Shown in pieces: positions 45,101-64,000 of a stretch of 64,000 nt of DNA. The stretch comes from Bugula neritina. Its lineage: Eukaryota; Animalia; Bryozoa. The translations under genes and the position numbers were made by a program. Location: positions 744,001 through 808,000 of the forward strand of contig OZ037768.1 of assembly GCA_964035545.1 (NCBI GenBank). The letters are read 5' to 3'. Below the pieces are notes generated by a model, which was given only the letters and a program-made list of their open reading frames with translations, did not search any database and had not been told where the DNA came from. How positions within the stretch are numbered: position 1 is the first letter of the stretch; the number at the start of each line of letters is the position of its first letter.

Positions 45101-48100
45101 TGTGTGTAATATAAGGTGTGTGTAATATAAGGTGTGTGTAATATAAGGTGTGTGTAATATAAGGTGTGTGTAATATAAGGTGTGTGTAATATAAGGTGTG
45201 TGTAATATAAGGTGTGTGTAATATGCCAGTTGGTAATACGTGAGTTTGTAATATACGAGTAACAACGTATTCATATGGTTTGGTGTTGTCACTTGTGATT
45301 AGAATCAGAGTTGATATTGAAGTGTCTAATAATTTCCATTGACTGCTTTCTAATTATCATTTGTGAGTATCAACTTTAGCTGATGCTAGAATGTTGTTTA
45401 TATGATGTATGTTTACATGAAGTTGTGTGTTACAACTCTAGCATTCTACTAGTGCACGTGTTGTACTCACATGAGATTGGATACATGAACACCACATGTA
45501 GGTATAGTATACATATGCATAGTATACATAGTCCTAATACACCTCCGTATGTACACTGCAGGTACGTAGCTTTAAGTACACTTCTCAAGGTCATCAATGT
45601 GGACCACAATGCAGTGCAAAGACACAGAAGTACCATCGTTGATTGTCTAAGAGACGTTGACAGCACCATAAAAAAGTAGGTTTATCCACATACCACGTAG
45701 CTCACATGGCAATATATGTACAGTGTGTGGTGGTTGTACAGTGTGTGGTGCTTGTATACTGTGTGGTGCTTGTATACTGTGTGGTGCTTGTACAGTGTGT
45801 GGTGCTTGTATACTGTGTGGTGCTTGTATACTGTGTGGTGGTTGTACAGTGTGTGGTGCTTGTATACTGTGTGGTGGTTGTACACTGTATGGTGGTTGTA
45901 GACTGTGTGGTGGTTGTACAGTGTATGGTGGTTGTACACTGTGTGGTGGTTGTACACTGTGTGGTGGTTGTACACTGTGTGGTGGTTGTACACTGTGTGG
46001 TGGTTGTATACTGTGTGGTGGTTGTACACTGTGTGGTGGTTGTACACTGAGTGGTGGTTGTACACTGTATGGTGGTTGTACACTGTGTGGTGGTTGTACA
46101 CTGTGTGGTGGTTGTACAGTGTGTGGTGGTTGTATACTGTGTGGTGGTTGTACAGTGTGTGGTGGTTGTACACTGTGTGGTGGTTGTATACTGTGTGGTG
46201 GTTGTATACTGGGTGGTGGTTGTATACTGTGTGGTGGTTGTACACTGTATGGTGGTTGTACACTGTGTGGTGGTTGTATACTGTGTGGTGGTTGTAGACG
46301 AGCCATGGAACTGAGTTTCGCCCTCATCAATGAAAACAACGTGCGAGGTATGATGAAAGAGCTGCTAGAGTTCATCGTAGTTTGTGATGATGACTTTAAG
46401 GCTGATGCTGCCTCCAATATTGTGGCGGCAGCAGAGAAATATGCTCCTAACAAGAGATGGCATGTTGACACTGTTCTCAAGGTTAGTTTCTCATCAATGG
46501 TAGTGCACTCTCGTCTCTGACATCACTACTTAAAGTGTAGTACTCTGTGACATCACTACTTAATGTGTAGCATATATTGACACATCATTTGACAGGTGTT
46601 GACATGTGCTGGTCAGCATCTACGAGATGATGTCATCTACAACATGTGTCAGCTAGTAGCCAGCACCAGCGAACTTCATCAGTACAGGTATTATATTACT
46701 ATATACATATTATATTACTATACGCATATTATATTACTATATACATATTATATTACTATATACATATTATATTACTATATACATATTATATTACTATATA
46801 CATATTATATTACTATACACATTATATTACTATATTATCACTATATGTTTGTAGTGTACAGAGACTGTTTCTAGCGCTGAAAGAAGACCCGACACAGCAA
46901 GCTCTCTCCCAAGTAGCCTGTTGGTGTGTGGGAGAATACGGAGACATCCTAGTACATGGCACGTCGGAAGAAGCCGACCCTATTCAGGTCTGTACGGCAT
47001 TTCCTGTTCTAACTATCCTGTACTTGACACGGGAATTCTTATTCCCTTCTTAATTTGATACGTTTCCTCAGTTGGGACTGTGGAGAGTTTAGTTATGTCT
47101 TGTGTGAGCATACAATTGACCTCTACAAGGTTCTCTCTGTTACTTGGTGTAGATATCAGAGGATGAGGTGTTGGACGTGTTGGAGAAGACTCTAGTCTCT
47201 AGCCTCTCCTCCGTCATATCCAAGGAGTACGCACTCAACGCCCTCGTCAAACTCAGCACCAGGTTCAGTCAGACGGTGGATCGGGTCAAGGCCATAGTCC
47301 ACCCGTACGCCTCCTCCACCGACATAGAGCTGCAGCAGCGTGCTGCCGAGTTCTCTCACCTCTTCGGCACTTTCTCTGAGCTACGCAACGGCCTGCTGGA
47401 GAGGATGCCTCTCATTGGTCAGTATCTCGTCTCTCATTGGTCAGTATCTCGCCTCTCATTGGTCAGTATCTCACTTCTCATTAGTCAGTATCTCGCCTCT
47501 CATTGGTCAGTATCTCGCCTCTCATTGGTCAGTGTAACTCTCTTCTTACTGGTCAGTGTCTCACTTCTCATTAGTTAGTGTCATCCAATGAAATGAAGTG
47601 TTGCAAATAATCAGGGAGATGCTGAGTCAGTTGTGTATAAAGGCTAGTTATACTTCTCTTGTGTAATAAAACTCTTCCTTCTGTGCAGAATCCAAATCAA
47701 CTCTAGTCAATGGAGAAGGAGAGGCAAATCTCTCTGAGATGGAGCAGCAGGCGGACCTGCTAGGTGGGGGCGGGACTAGTCCTGTGAAATCCTCCCCCTT
47801 TGACGGTCTTTCTCCGCCTACTTCAACACAACAGGTAGTACCTGTGTACTGTGTGTATAGTAATGTGTATATAGTACTGGGTGTGTATAGTGTATGTGTA
47901 TATAGTACTGTGTGTATAATATACGTCACTTGTAATGTTAATAATGACCAGCTGCATCGCGTATGCATTGAGTTACTTGTTAATTGCATGATGAATGATG
48001 AATCAATAACTACTTGATTATCTCCTAATATTACTTTCGAATTGTTGGTACAAGTGCACTATGAATTGTGTTAGCAGAGTTCCAGCGTGCTAGACTTGTT

Positions 48101-49431
48101 AGGGGACCTCTCCTCCACCCCCACAATGCCAGTAACAAGTAGCCTGGGGCCCACCAGCTCTGGAGGTGACATCCTGGACCTGCTTGGGGGCACTTCCAGC
48201 ACGTCTTCACCCGCAATGAACAGCAATCCTGGTGAGTTGCCACGGTAACTGCTCATCGTGAAGGAACTGAAACTCATTCCAATGAGAATACTAACTCAAC
48301 TCTACTAGTTGTGTGTAGAAGTTGTCTTCTTTCTCACTGTCTATTCACAGCGTATAATAGTTGTGTTCTCCTGTAGCCCTGAACAACCCTATGGACCTGC
48401 TAAGTAGTCTGGGGCTAGGCACCGCCCCCACAACTACCCCGACTTCTAACATCATGTCAGCCCAGCCACCGTCTATGATGGGTTATGATTTCACTGGCCC
48501 AGGCTTGCTGGGAGATGGAACCAACGGCGAAGGTGAGTTCACTCGTGTGACACTTGTGTGACATTGTGGAGTACTTGTGTGACATTGTAACACTTGTGTG
48601 ACTGTGACACTAGTGTGACTGTCAACTTGCTAGTGTTACTGTGGTGTTTGAAAAATTGATATGGAACCACCTATATTATACAACCTTGTTCTACTCCACT
48701 CTATATATAACACATATTATTCTACTCTACTCTATATATAACAACTTCTTGCAGCCTCCTCTATCCCCTCCATGGAAGGTTACAATAAGAATGGTCTAGT
48801 CATCAACTTTGACTTCAGTCGTCAGCCCGGCAGCACCGACCTCACCGTCACCATGACAGCCGTCTACAACGGCAGCACAGAAATCACAGACTTTGTGTTT
48901 CAGGCTGCCGTCCCTAAATCATTCCGTCTCGACCTTCAGCCTCCTTCTGGCAACAAGATTGCGGCGTTCGGTATGGGTAACGTCACGCAGAAGATGCTCA
49001 TCAAGAATCCAAACAAGGTGAATATCAGACTGTTGGGTTTAGCAGTTGTCTCCTCTTCTTCTCTCTTCTCAGCAGCAGAATGTCGTAACCTCGGGTTACA
49101 CTGTGTAGATAATATACTACAGATCTCAATCATTCTATAAAAGAAAATGTTGCTATTGGCTCTTCAAGTATCTTTTATGCATTTTGTCTCAAAAAGATAA
49201 CAAACCTCATTAGAATCAATAGGAAAACTTATTTTCTTCAATGATGTATTGAGAATTATAGGAGATTAAATTTCAGTCATAGTTTAATGAAATGTTTAGT
49301 CATAGTTAGTTGTAATTTCTCTTTCGCAGCAACAACTAAAGTTAAGGTTGCGTCTTCAGTACAAGTTGGAAGGAAAGACAGTCAGTGAAATAGACGACGT
49401 TAAGAATATTCCGGAAGCTACGTGGAACTGA
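42112..49431 (+). CDS. AP1G1: AP-1 complex subunit gamma-1 (gamma-adaptin), 16 exons: 42112-42312, 42400-42524, 42882-43056, 43573-43713, 44368-44463, 44750-44985, 45562-45675, 46298-46481, 46596-46687, 46855-46987, 47153-47417, 47689-47834, 48078-48231, 48377-48532, 48755-49017, 49330-49431
   Basis: [55 protein letters not shown], hinge with LLDLL/DLL motifs, and ear domain [11 protein letters not shown]. An upstream in-frame start is possible at 40997 (MQKIK|NLQN...). Confidence 0.95.
43413..43552. repeat. 29-bp intronic minisatellite (TACTGCTAGAGCTGGACTGGTCCTAGTTA)
   Basis: About 5 copies just upstream of an acceptor. Confidence 0.92.
43893..44066. repeat. 28-35-bp intronic minisatellite (GTACTGTGTGTAGAGTATATAGTATATA)
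   Basis: About 5 copies. Confidence 0.88.
44228..44356. repeat. 19-bp minisatellite (TGTGTATTGCTGCCAATGC)
   Basis: About 7 copies ending about 10 nt before an acceptor. Confidence 0.92.
44457..44720. repeat. 25-bp minisatellite made of donor copies
   Basis: CCTTCAG|GTAGATAACTTACCTCT(A/G) occurs 10 times after the real CCTTCAG|GTAACT. Confidence 0.95.
44978..45224. repeat. 16-bp minisatellite made of donor copies
   Basis: AATATAAG|GTGTGTGT occurs about 15 times; the first copy is the inferred donor (44985). Confidence 0.95.
45716..46299. repeat. 21-bp minisatellite ending at the 46297 acceptor
   Basis: GTGTGGTGGTTGTA(C/T)ACT-type units; the last copy GGTTGTAG|AC is the inferred acceptor. 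Confidence 0.93.
46688..46845. repeat. About 22-bp AT-rich minisatellite filling a short intron
   Basis: TATTATATTACTATATACATAT copies start immediately after the donor. Confidence 0.88.
47407..47536. repeat. 22-bp repeat made of donor copies
   Basis: GCCTCTCATTG|GTCAGTATCTC occurs about 6 times; the first copy is the inferred donor (47417). Confidence 0.93.
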
Positions 49432-50830
49432 GCCAATCACCTATTTTCTACTAAATTATTCCTACGCATGTGTTTTGTACGGATGACCTGTAGTTGAATG
49501 AACATCATGTGACCACCAGTCATTCTGGTGCACTGTCATACAATCACTATCAGCTCTGTTTGAGCCACTTTCTATAAAGTGTGCATTACGATTGTAGAGT
49601 GTACTGCATTTCTATAGTGCCTACATACACTATAACTGTCTAATGAACACATTCTATCCAGAGCTATCCCCCCATCAGATGTACACATTCCACTATGCGT
49701 TGTTGCCTGTTCAACATCAACAGTATTTTAGTATCTTAGTACATGGTGCTGATATATGAAGTCTAACCCAGAGATTCAATACTGTTGATGTACACTGTAC
49801 CTAGACACAGAGCATGTACAAACTAAATTATTTACAATGGCTCCGTGTTGTACCCATTATAATTATACACTTCCATACCACCTCTCTGGGACTAGTTTTA
49901 TCTGCTACAGTTTCGGAATAGTTGTTTTTTGTCACTTTATGGTAATACAGATTTTACATTTTTATAATTTCAATCTTTATTGTCTTATAAAAGCAAAAGC
50001 ATGGCCTGTTCTGAATGTAAACAATATGAAGTTGTCTTCTCCCTGTGCAAATTGCAATGCATTCAATTCCTAGTGCGACATTTTTACTGTAAGAGCCAAC
50101 AACTCTTGACAATGTCGCACAACATTATAGAGAAGTAAATTTCTATTTCAAGATGAATTCCGGCTATTAATATTTTATGTATTGAATTGCATTACGTATA
50201 ACATCAGTACCTAGTGAACCACATATCATCTAATTCAGAATACATCAGTTTTATTAGTATTTTAGAATCCCAGTCTAAAAGGTTTGACAATAAGGAATGC
50301 TAGTTGACTAGATGTTAACTATAATATAATGTTAGTAAATCAGACAACAAGACAAAGTATTATATAAGCAGCACAATAGTAAAACAGTAGAATAATATAA
50401 CAATCCCCCTCCAAATGCATACATAAATCAAGATTTCTGGACATAAACTACGCACGTATATAAACATGCAAAAATATTAAAAGACAAAATATATATGCAG
50501 AACCATTATGAGAAATGCAGCATAAAAAGCAAGCAATTAAACAACAGAATTACAAGAATAACAGCTTGTGCAGATAAAAAGTAATAATTTGAAATTCTTT
50601 AAACAGTAGAGTGGACAACGCTAAGAGTATACATTCTACTAAACACAATGTGGTCACTATAAGAGCTCGATTGCATGCATTTTTGATGTAAATGTATACT
50701 TATTATGGTACTTCAGCAGAAAAGGCAACTATTATAACAGAAATAAAACACAACAGTAAATACCCACAATAATATATTCTAGAAGTTGCTATGTAGATGA
50801 ATGTGTAGTTTCTCTTTAATACATTTCTAT

Positions 50831-53044
50831 TTACTCATTCTGAAGCTGCTCTGTATACTCAGAGTGTGAAGTTTCTCTTTGGTATTCAGGTTTGTGTACA
50901 ATATAAGTAACCAGCCAGCCAAATATAATGATAAATATACCCATAAAGTTGATGACATAAGATTGAGGTGGCCTTTCCTTGTAGTCCCTGAAACAGAATA
51001 TATATATATACTCTCTGATACAGCAATATATACTCTTTGATATAACAACAATATATTATATACTCTCTGATACAGCAATATGTACTCTCTGATACAATAC
51101 TATATACTCTCTGATACAGCAATATGTACTCTCTGATACAATACTATATACTCTCTGATACAGCAATATGTACTCTCTGATACAATACTATATACTCTCT
51201 GATACAGCAATATGTACTCTCTGATACAATACTATATACTCTCTGATACAACAATATGTACTCTCTGATACAATAATATATACTCTCTGATATAACAACA
51301 ATATATTATATACTCTCTGCTGACTCACCTCACTTTAAACAGAGTGTTTTCTGTGATACCGAGTAAAGCTGTAGCCAGAGCCATGCAGAAGATAGCCACT
51401 CCCCAGAACCTGTGAGACCCCATGTACCAGATCTTCCTCGCCTCACTCATCCCAGGAAAGAGGTAAAACACAAATCCCATCACAAACTGCAACAGAAATA
51501 TACAGTACAAAGTCCACTAGTCTGATGAGGACAGTCTATAAATAGAAACCTGGGCCAGCGACTCTGAAAGGGTCACACACCATTGGTCACCGGGTGTCAA
51601 AGTTTATAGCTGTACGTAAACATTCACTCCCTATCACAGATGTGTTTCTAGTGGCATAGCATTGGGCAAGAGAAATAACAACTGTGAGCAAATTATAAAG
51701 AAACCTTTATGCTAGTAACTGCATTTGATTAAACAGCAAAGCTCTATGACTCCTAAATGTTAGAAATAAAAGAAACTTATAGAAAGTAGAGTTTCAGGAT
51801 TTATATTTGTTTTCCATTTAAACTAGCAACTATTTAACAAGCAGCAAGAAGTAGTGTGCAGTTGGTTTATGTTACACATAATTATCATGAGACGAGAACA
51901 CAACTCCTCTTTCACACACAATGATCGGTATTTGAAAGCATTATCACAGCTCTATGGCTCAGCTTGGCAGGGAATATGTCTTGACTGCCTAATCAGCTCT
52001 GCATGCTATTATTCACCCAATAAATATCTATAATAAGATGGGAATTTGATCAGCAGGAATGAGTAGTAATAATTTGTATTGAATGCAAGCTAATTAGCTT
52101 ATCAATTATGTTGTAACAGGTGAAGATGTGATAGAAATAGCAATAGTCTAACATGGTGAGAAACTGTTTGCTGCTGCTAATGCAGATAACAAAGTTTTAG
52201 CATCTACTGACAGCAAAGACATAATTAGATAAATAGCATCAAGTCTAACAGTCACCTGCAGCGACATGTCAACTAACCTGCAGCGACATGTCAACTCACC
52301 TGCAGGGACATGTCAACTCACCTGCAGCAACATGTCAACTCACCTGCAGTGACATGTCAACTAACCTGCAGCGACATGTCAACTCACCTGCAGAGAGATG
52401 TCAACTCACCTGCAGAGAGAACATGATGACAGTAATTAGACCGATCCAGCCGTGGATGGTGTAGAGGTTGGCGTTACCCTCGTCATTGTGAGCACTGAAC
52501 ACGGCAGTCAGAGCGAATATGGCGAACCCAAGGGCTGAGAGCTGCATGAACATGTGGAGTATCTTAATGAGCTTCTTGTTCTCATTCCGGAACACCCTGT
52601 AGACCAGCATGGCTGGAAACCAGCAAATCAGTAGTTAGATTGCATCTCACAGAGGTTTTACAACTAAGTTTATTATTAGTTGAAAATTATTAACATTTAT
52701 TATATCAATATGTAGTTATATGCGAATTTGCCTGTAATCAATATCATGGTAAAATTAGTATTTGCTGGGACCAAAACATCTACTCAATCACGTGACAAGC
52801 ACTCTGTAGAACACACTGTCTATGTATGTATATTTCTCAAACACTCACCATTTCCATACAAGTATATCAAGCCGATAGTCATGAACAGTGGGTGGTAGTT
52901 AAACTTGAGATCATTCTTGTAACCCCAGCCAAAACCTCCCTGCAGTTTTCCCATCCACACACACATCAATATGACTACAATTATGCCAGCCAGTTGGGCA
53001 CCGACAACAAGTGCCATGAACTTCTGCTTCGAACTGGAGTCCAT
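50831..53044 (-). CDS. CYB561: Cytochrome b561 family ascorbate-dependent transmembrane reductase, 4 exons: 53044-52849, 52612-52410, 51486-51329, 50987-50831
   Basis: FNYHPLFM, LVYRVFRN, KILH, ANLYTIHGWIG and HRFWG give the four heme-ligand His residues; several transmembrane segments. The paralogue (CYB561, CYBRD1 or CYB561A3) is not resolved. Confidence 0.9.
50985..51320. repeat. Minisatellite filling CYB561 intron 3 and copying its acceptor
   Basis: Plus-strand unit TACTCTCTGATACAGCAATA versus acceptor region TAGTCCCTGAAACAGAATA. Confidence 0.88.
52250..52418. repeat. 22-bp repeat made of donor copies (minus strand)
   Basis: CTGCAG|GT(G/T)AGTTGACATGTCG-type units occur 7 times after the real donor at 52410/52409. 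Confidence 0.95.
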
Positions 53045-56000
53045 CTTCAAGTATCTTTGACAGTGTCAACAGGTGATTGTAGTTTTATATTGGGCAGCAA
53101 GAGCAGGTGCTTGTGGCTATAGTCTTAGCATGTCAGTGTCACAGTATTGATCAGAAGCTGTTATCACTCAGCTAAATAAAAAGTTGAGTAAATCACTAAA
53201 CTACTAAATGTAAGAGATGATACAGCATAGATTATGGTTTGCCATATATCGTAGCCTCTGGCCTTCAGAGAAGTAGCTATAATAAGCACTATTAGAATGA
53301 AAACAGGTGTTAGATAAAAACATAAGCTGCAAGCTGTCTGTTGATGAGCAAAATAATCAATTTCTCGCCAATTACTGGGACAACAAAACAAGATCAAGAC
53401 ATGATTAATTTCAGCATATTGAGATAACATCTTGTAGGTCTGACAAGGTAATAAACAAGGTCATGTGACCATTTAAACCGCTAAGAGACAATAGTTTTTC
53501 AACCAAGCTCCGCCTATATATATATTGAAAAATAAGCCATGTATCATGGACACACAAAAAGCATTTATGCTCACAAATAAACAACAAGAATGAAAAGGAT
53601 GGTATCAATTAATTAAGTTTATTGATTAGCTTAAGAAAAATGGTAAAAATTTCTAATTAAAATATTTCACATTATATTTTGTAGACCAAGTTGAACACAT
53701 ACAGAATTATTTTTAGTATTGTTGTAAAAGCAAGACATCATCATCACATTTGTATTTGAATGTCATTCACAAGTTGCAATACCACTGTCATGTTCGTTAT
53801 CACGGTGGCAAATTGTTGACAGTAAAAGCAAATTTTGTCAACTAGATGTCATCCCGATTTTGTTTATTAGATTGCTTTTACATTTAGTCTAAAAGTCACT
53901 GTCAATATGACTGACAGTGTCACACTCAGTTATTCGAACTTATTTGAAGTGATCACACTGGACCGTCCTAGTGGGAGGAAGCGGTGTGCCACATATGGGT
54001 AATGTGTTGGACAGTCATTGGTCAATAGTCACACAGTTAGTACTGTTTGGGCTGTATTTAATGAACAGGAACTTAATTCTGTCTATGTAGAGATCTCTGA
54101 ATTATTGCTTTGGTTGTGATCAACTTTCAGGTCTCGGATAGTCCTTGGGAGAAATGTGTCCAGGTACTTCGTACTAGTCACTGGTGAGTCATTGATTATA
54201 CTTATACAGTTTTAGTGAACATGAAAGACTACCACAAACAATAACCCTAAGTTTTAGTTAAAAAGTGGAAGGTTAAATAGAATTTATCAAGCTGTAACAT
54301 AACTTCAAAATTGTAATTAAATTTAAAACTAATGCTATAACTATTACTATAAGTATAAATTATAATAAATTGAAAAACAATATTTTTAATTTTATGTTAA
54401 CTTTTATATTAATAATTAATATTATATAACACTTGCAGCGACTGTTACTGTTAGTGTTACCCAGAATTAAAATGAAAATCATCATCATCTATCACATTCA
54501 CTATCAGAATCACTATGACTATGAGTATGACTATAGCCATAGGTATCACTATTAGTATTAGTATTAGTAAATCTAAAAGTAAATGAAATAGTAATACTAA
54601 TACTAATAGTAATACTAATACCAGTTAAATAATGCAAATATTTTATTAAATTTAATTTTTAATTATTTAATTTTATTTTATTTTTAATTTTTGGTTTTAA
54701 GTTTAAGTTCTGGTTCAACTATTACTAAGAGTAAGATTTAAAAAAAATTGTCATTGAATTTGATACTCATACTGAGACTAAGAGATACAGCATTAGCCAT
54801 TAACTTTTAGCACATTAATACTTATACTAACATGTAATTGTATAACATTTAAAATTTTACATTTATCGTAATACTAATAGTTAGACTTAGGTAAATTTAA
54901 TGTCAATGTGCTACTTACAGTTACTCTTGGTGATCGCAGCTGCTGCAACTGCTGAAATCCTGTATGTACTGTATGTTTCAATGAAAGCAACGTAAGAGAA
55001 TGTTAATTTAGCACGATTATCTTGAATTATAAATGGTGTTCCTGCGAGTCGATGTTATTGTCGAATCAGTAAAAACTCTTGAAAGATTTAGGTTATTGGG
55101 TTACACAATTTTTACCAAAAACTAGATGCAGCACAAAGTTTGGAGTATTTGGGTGCGGCCTTCCTATAGATATCATCATTGTCCTAGCTTCCAAAGCAAG
55201 ACCACTACATTTTGTAACCGCCAATTTTGCGTTGCTTCAAACTATATTTTTTCTATGATTCGAAACACAACGAAGAAGTCTCTGTTTACATAGTACACAT
55301 TCACAGTAAGACACTAACTCAAAAAAATAAATAAAATAAAAAGTTAATGACAATTAAGTTTATAAAATATTTACTGGATAGCTTATGATTAAGATTATTT
55401 CATTACTTGTTTATTCGCACAAACGGCATGCGCTAAAAAGAATACTTATACTTCAGAGTTGTCTTCTTAACTAATAATTATTTTGCCTTAAATTCTTGAA
55501 AAAACAACTCTGAATTATCATTAAACTTCATTGGCAAGTTTTCTGTATTCCGTAAACAGCTGATGCGCATGCACGGCGCAAGCCACATTGATATCGCATG
55601 GGAACTCTTGGTTTTAACATAGCCTTTGCTTATTACAGTTCTGGGAGGCTTTTGTGGTGACCGACGTAAACAACGTTGGAAAAATACACGCCTGCCAGCC
55701 TTTTGAGAAAGCACCTTTATGATTTTAATTTTTATATTCGTAAACTAATTTAGTAAGTTTTAGTTTTTTACCTCTTGCCTCTTGGTATTGAAATTCAAAT
55801 TCTGGTTTTAACGCAAACACTGATCAGTATCACAATGTCAATGGGAAACTGAGTTACCTATCCGGACTAAACTTTACTTTTAATTTATTTTTAAATTTAA
55901 AGTTCAAGTTATTAGTTTAAGTTAATGATGATAATTTAAATTATAAATAAAATTAAATCAGAAATGCCGTTAGACTTAGAGCTAGTGTTAGACTTAATGT

Positions 56001-56549
56001 TCATTAATTCCAGTGAGTGAGTTACAGTTAGGGAATCAGCATGAGTATGGCTATGTCAGTATGTGTATGACTACGACCATGGTGATGGTCCATGTGCCTC
56101 AAGTGATGAGCGTGTGTAACTACTTGTACTTTGTAGGGGTATTACCGTATTAGTATTACTATAAGTATAAGTATTGCTATTACTATTAGTATTACTTTTA
56201 CGGTTAGGCTTTATTATTAGTACAAGTGTATCATTGTGATTTTAATGAATATAATTATAATTTAAATTATACTTATCAAATCAAAATCAATTTATTATAT
56301 GATAATGATGATTATGAACATCAAATTCAATTATAGTTATAATGGTGATAATATAAATATATTCATGTGCTGTGCTCAATTTTAAATGTATTGGGATTCA
56401 AATCCAGTCTGTAGTGAAAGACATTTTACTTGAGCCAGTTGAGTACACAACATTTCTGCCATATACAAGTTATTCGCAAAAGAGGATATTACCTTTTTAT
56501 TATCAATATATTATTATTCTGTATGTAGAAGCTGGTTGTTGACTCTAAA

Positions 56550-63330
<6,781 letters not shown>

Positions 63331-63821
63331 ATATACTTGGCTATGATTGGATGATTACAAAACCATACTCACTACTGGCAACTGTGCAACAGAAGATAGA
63401 ATTATATGTATTTTATATATCTCTCCTCATTTTGTCATATATTATATTATAGCTATGTATGTTTGTCAATATAACTCTACCATTATATTATATACAGTTC
63501 CGTACGTATCTCTCAACAACTTTGTATTATATTCTATTCATTCTTATACAACCAACATATATTACACAAGATTTAAATATAATATGTGAACACCACTGCA
63601 ACATAACATATAAGTTTGTCTTCTCTACATCACCATAGTTATCTTGAGTAGAAATTCCTAGATACCTACAAATAATACCATAGCACATCAGGTATTTAAT
63701 ATTATACGCAGAGTTTGCCCTTCTCTACAGAATGTGAGCAACATGACAAGCTCAACTAATAACATGACAAGCTCAACTAATAACATGACAAGCTCAACTA
63801 ACATGTACTCACAGAGAATCT

Positions 63822-63921
63822 CTACTTCCATGGCTCCGTGGTGACTGTACCATCTGGCAGTACAGACTTGTATACTCCATCTTTAACCATCTCGTCAAAC
63901 AGTTTGTCAGCATCAAAATTT
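63822..63921 (-). CDS. COX6C: Last exon of a probable cytochrome c oxidase subunit 6C (NFDADKLFDEMVKDGVYKSVLPDGTVTTEPWK*)
   Basis: TTTCAG acceptor; the peptide resembles the COX6C C-terminus (NYD...FEEM...G.FQSV, from memory). Upstream exons lie outside the window. Confidence 0.65.
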
Positions 63922-64000
63922 CTGAAATACAGGACCGATCATTGAAATCATTAAGTGCAAATCAGTCAATGTATCGAAAGGCAGTATAACATATCTCAGC

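Noticed and set aside
45647-46520. Cys/Gly-rich (CTLCGG)n metallothionein- or keratin-associated-like ORF and the His/Pro-rich antisense ORFs
   Set aside because: A 21-bp tandem repeat in an AP1G1 intron that is open in most frames; only the 3' end (RAMELSF...) is real exon.
54950-55800. GC-richer patch and 78-aa ORF between CYB561 and IMPDH
   Set aside because: No recognisable protein, RNA gene or terminal repeats; it may be promoter DNA or a decayed transposon, but I cannot support a call.

Overview
AT-rich, intron-rich animal genomic DNA, probably from an invertebrate; the taxon cannot be fixed from sequence alone. From left to right: (1) a Ty3/Gypsy LTR element on the minus strand with its 5' LTR, tRNA-Leu primer-binding site, gag and a -1 frameshift signal, but a pol ORF with no RT, RNase H or integrase core; (2) UBE2E (-); (3) a USP4/11/15-type deubiquitinase (+) and a shortened tandem paralogue (+) that carries a TA-flanked non-autonomous DNA transposon; (4) a WTIP/Ajuba-family LIM gene (-) with a long C-terminal insertion; (5) AP1G1 (+); (6) cytochrome b561 (-); (7) IMPDH (+) with two equal-length copies of the CBS1 exon; (8) the last exon of a probable COX6C (-). 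The most striking pattern is that many intronic minisatellites are tandem copies of the adjacent splice site itself, at about 18 sites in six genes, producing arrays of decoy donors and acceptors. All exon models were derived by hand from GT-AG signals and recalled protein homology. No database search was run, so novelty is unverified.
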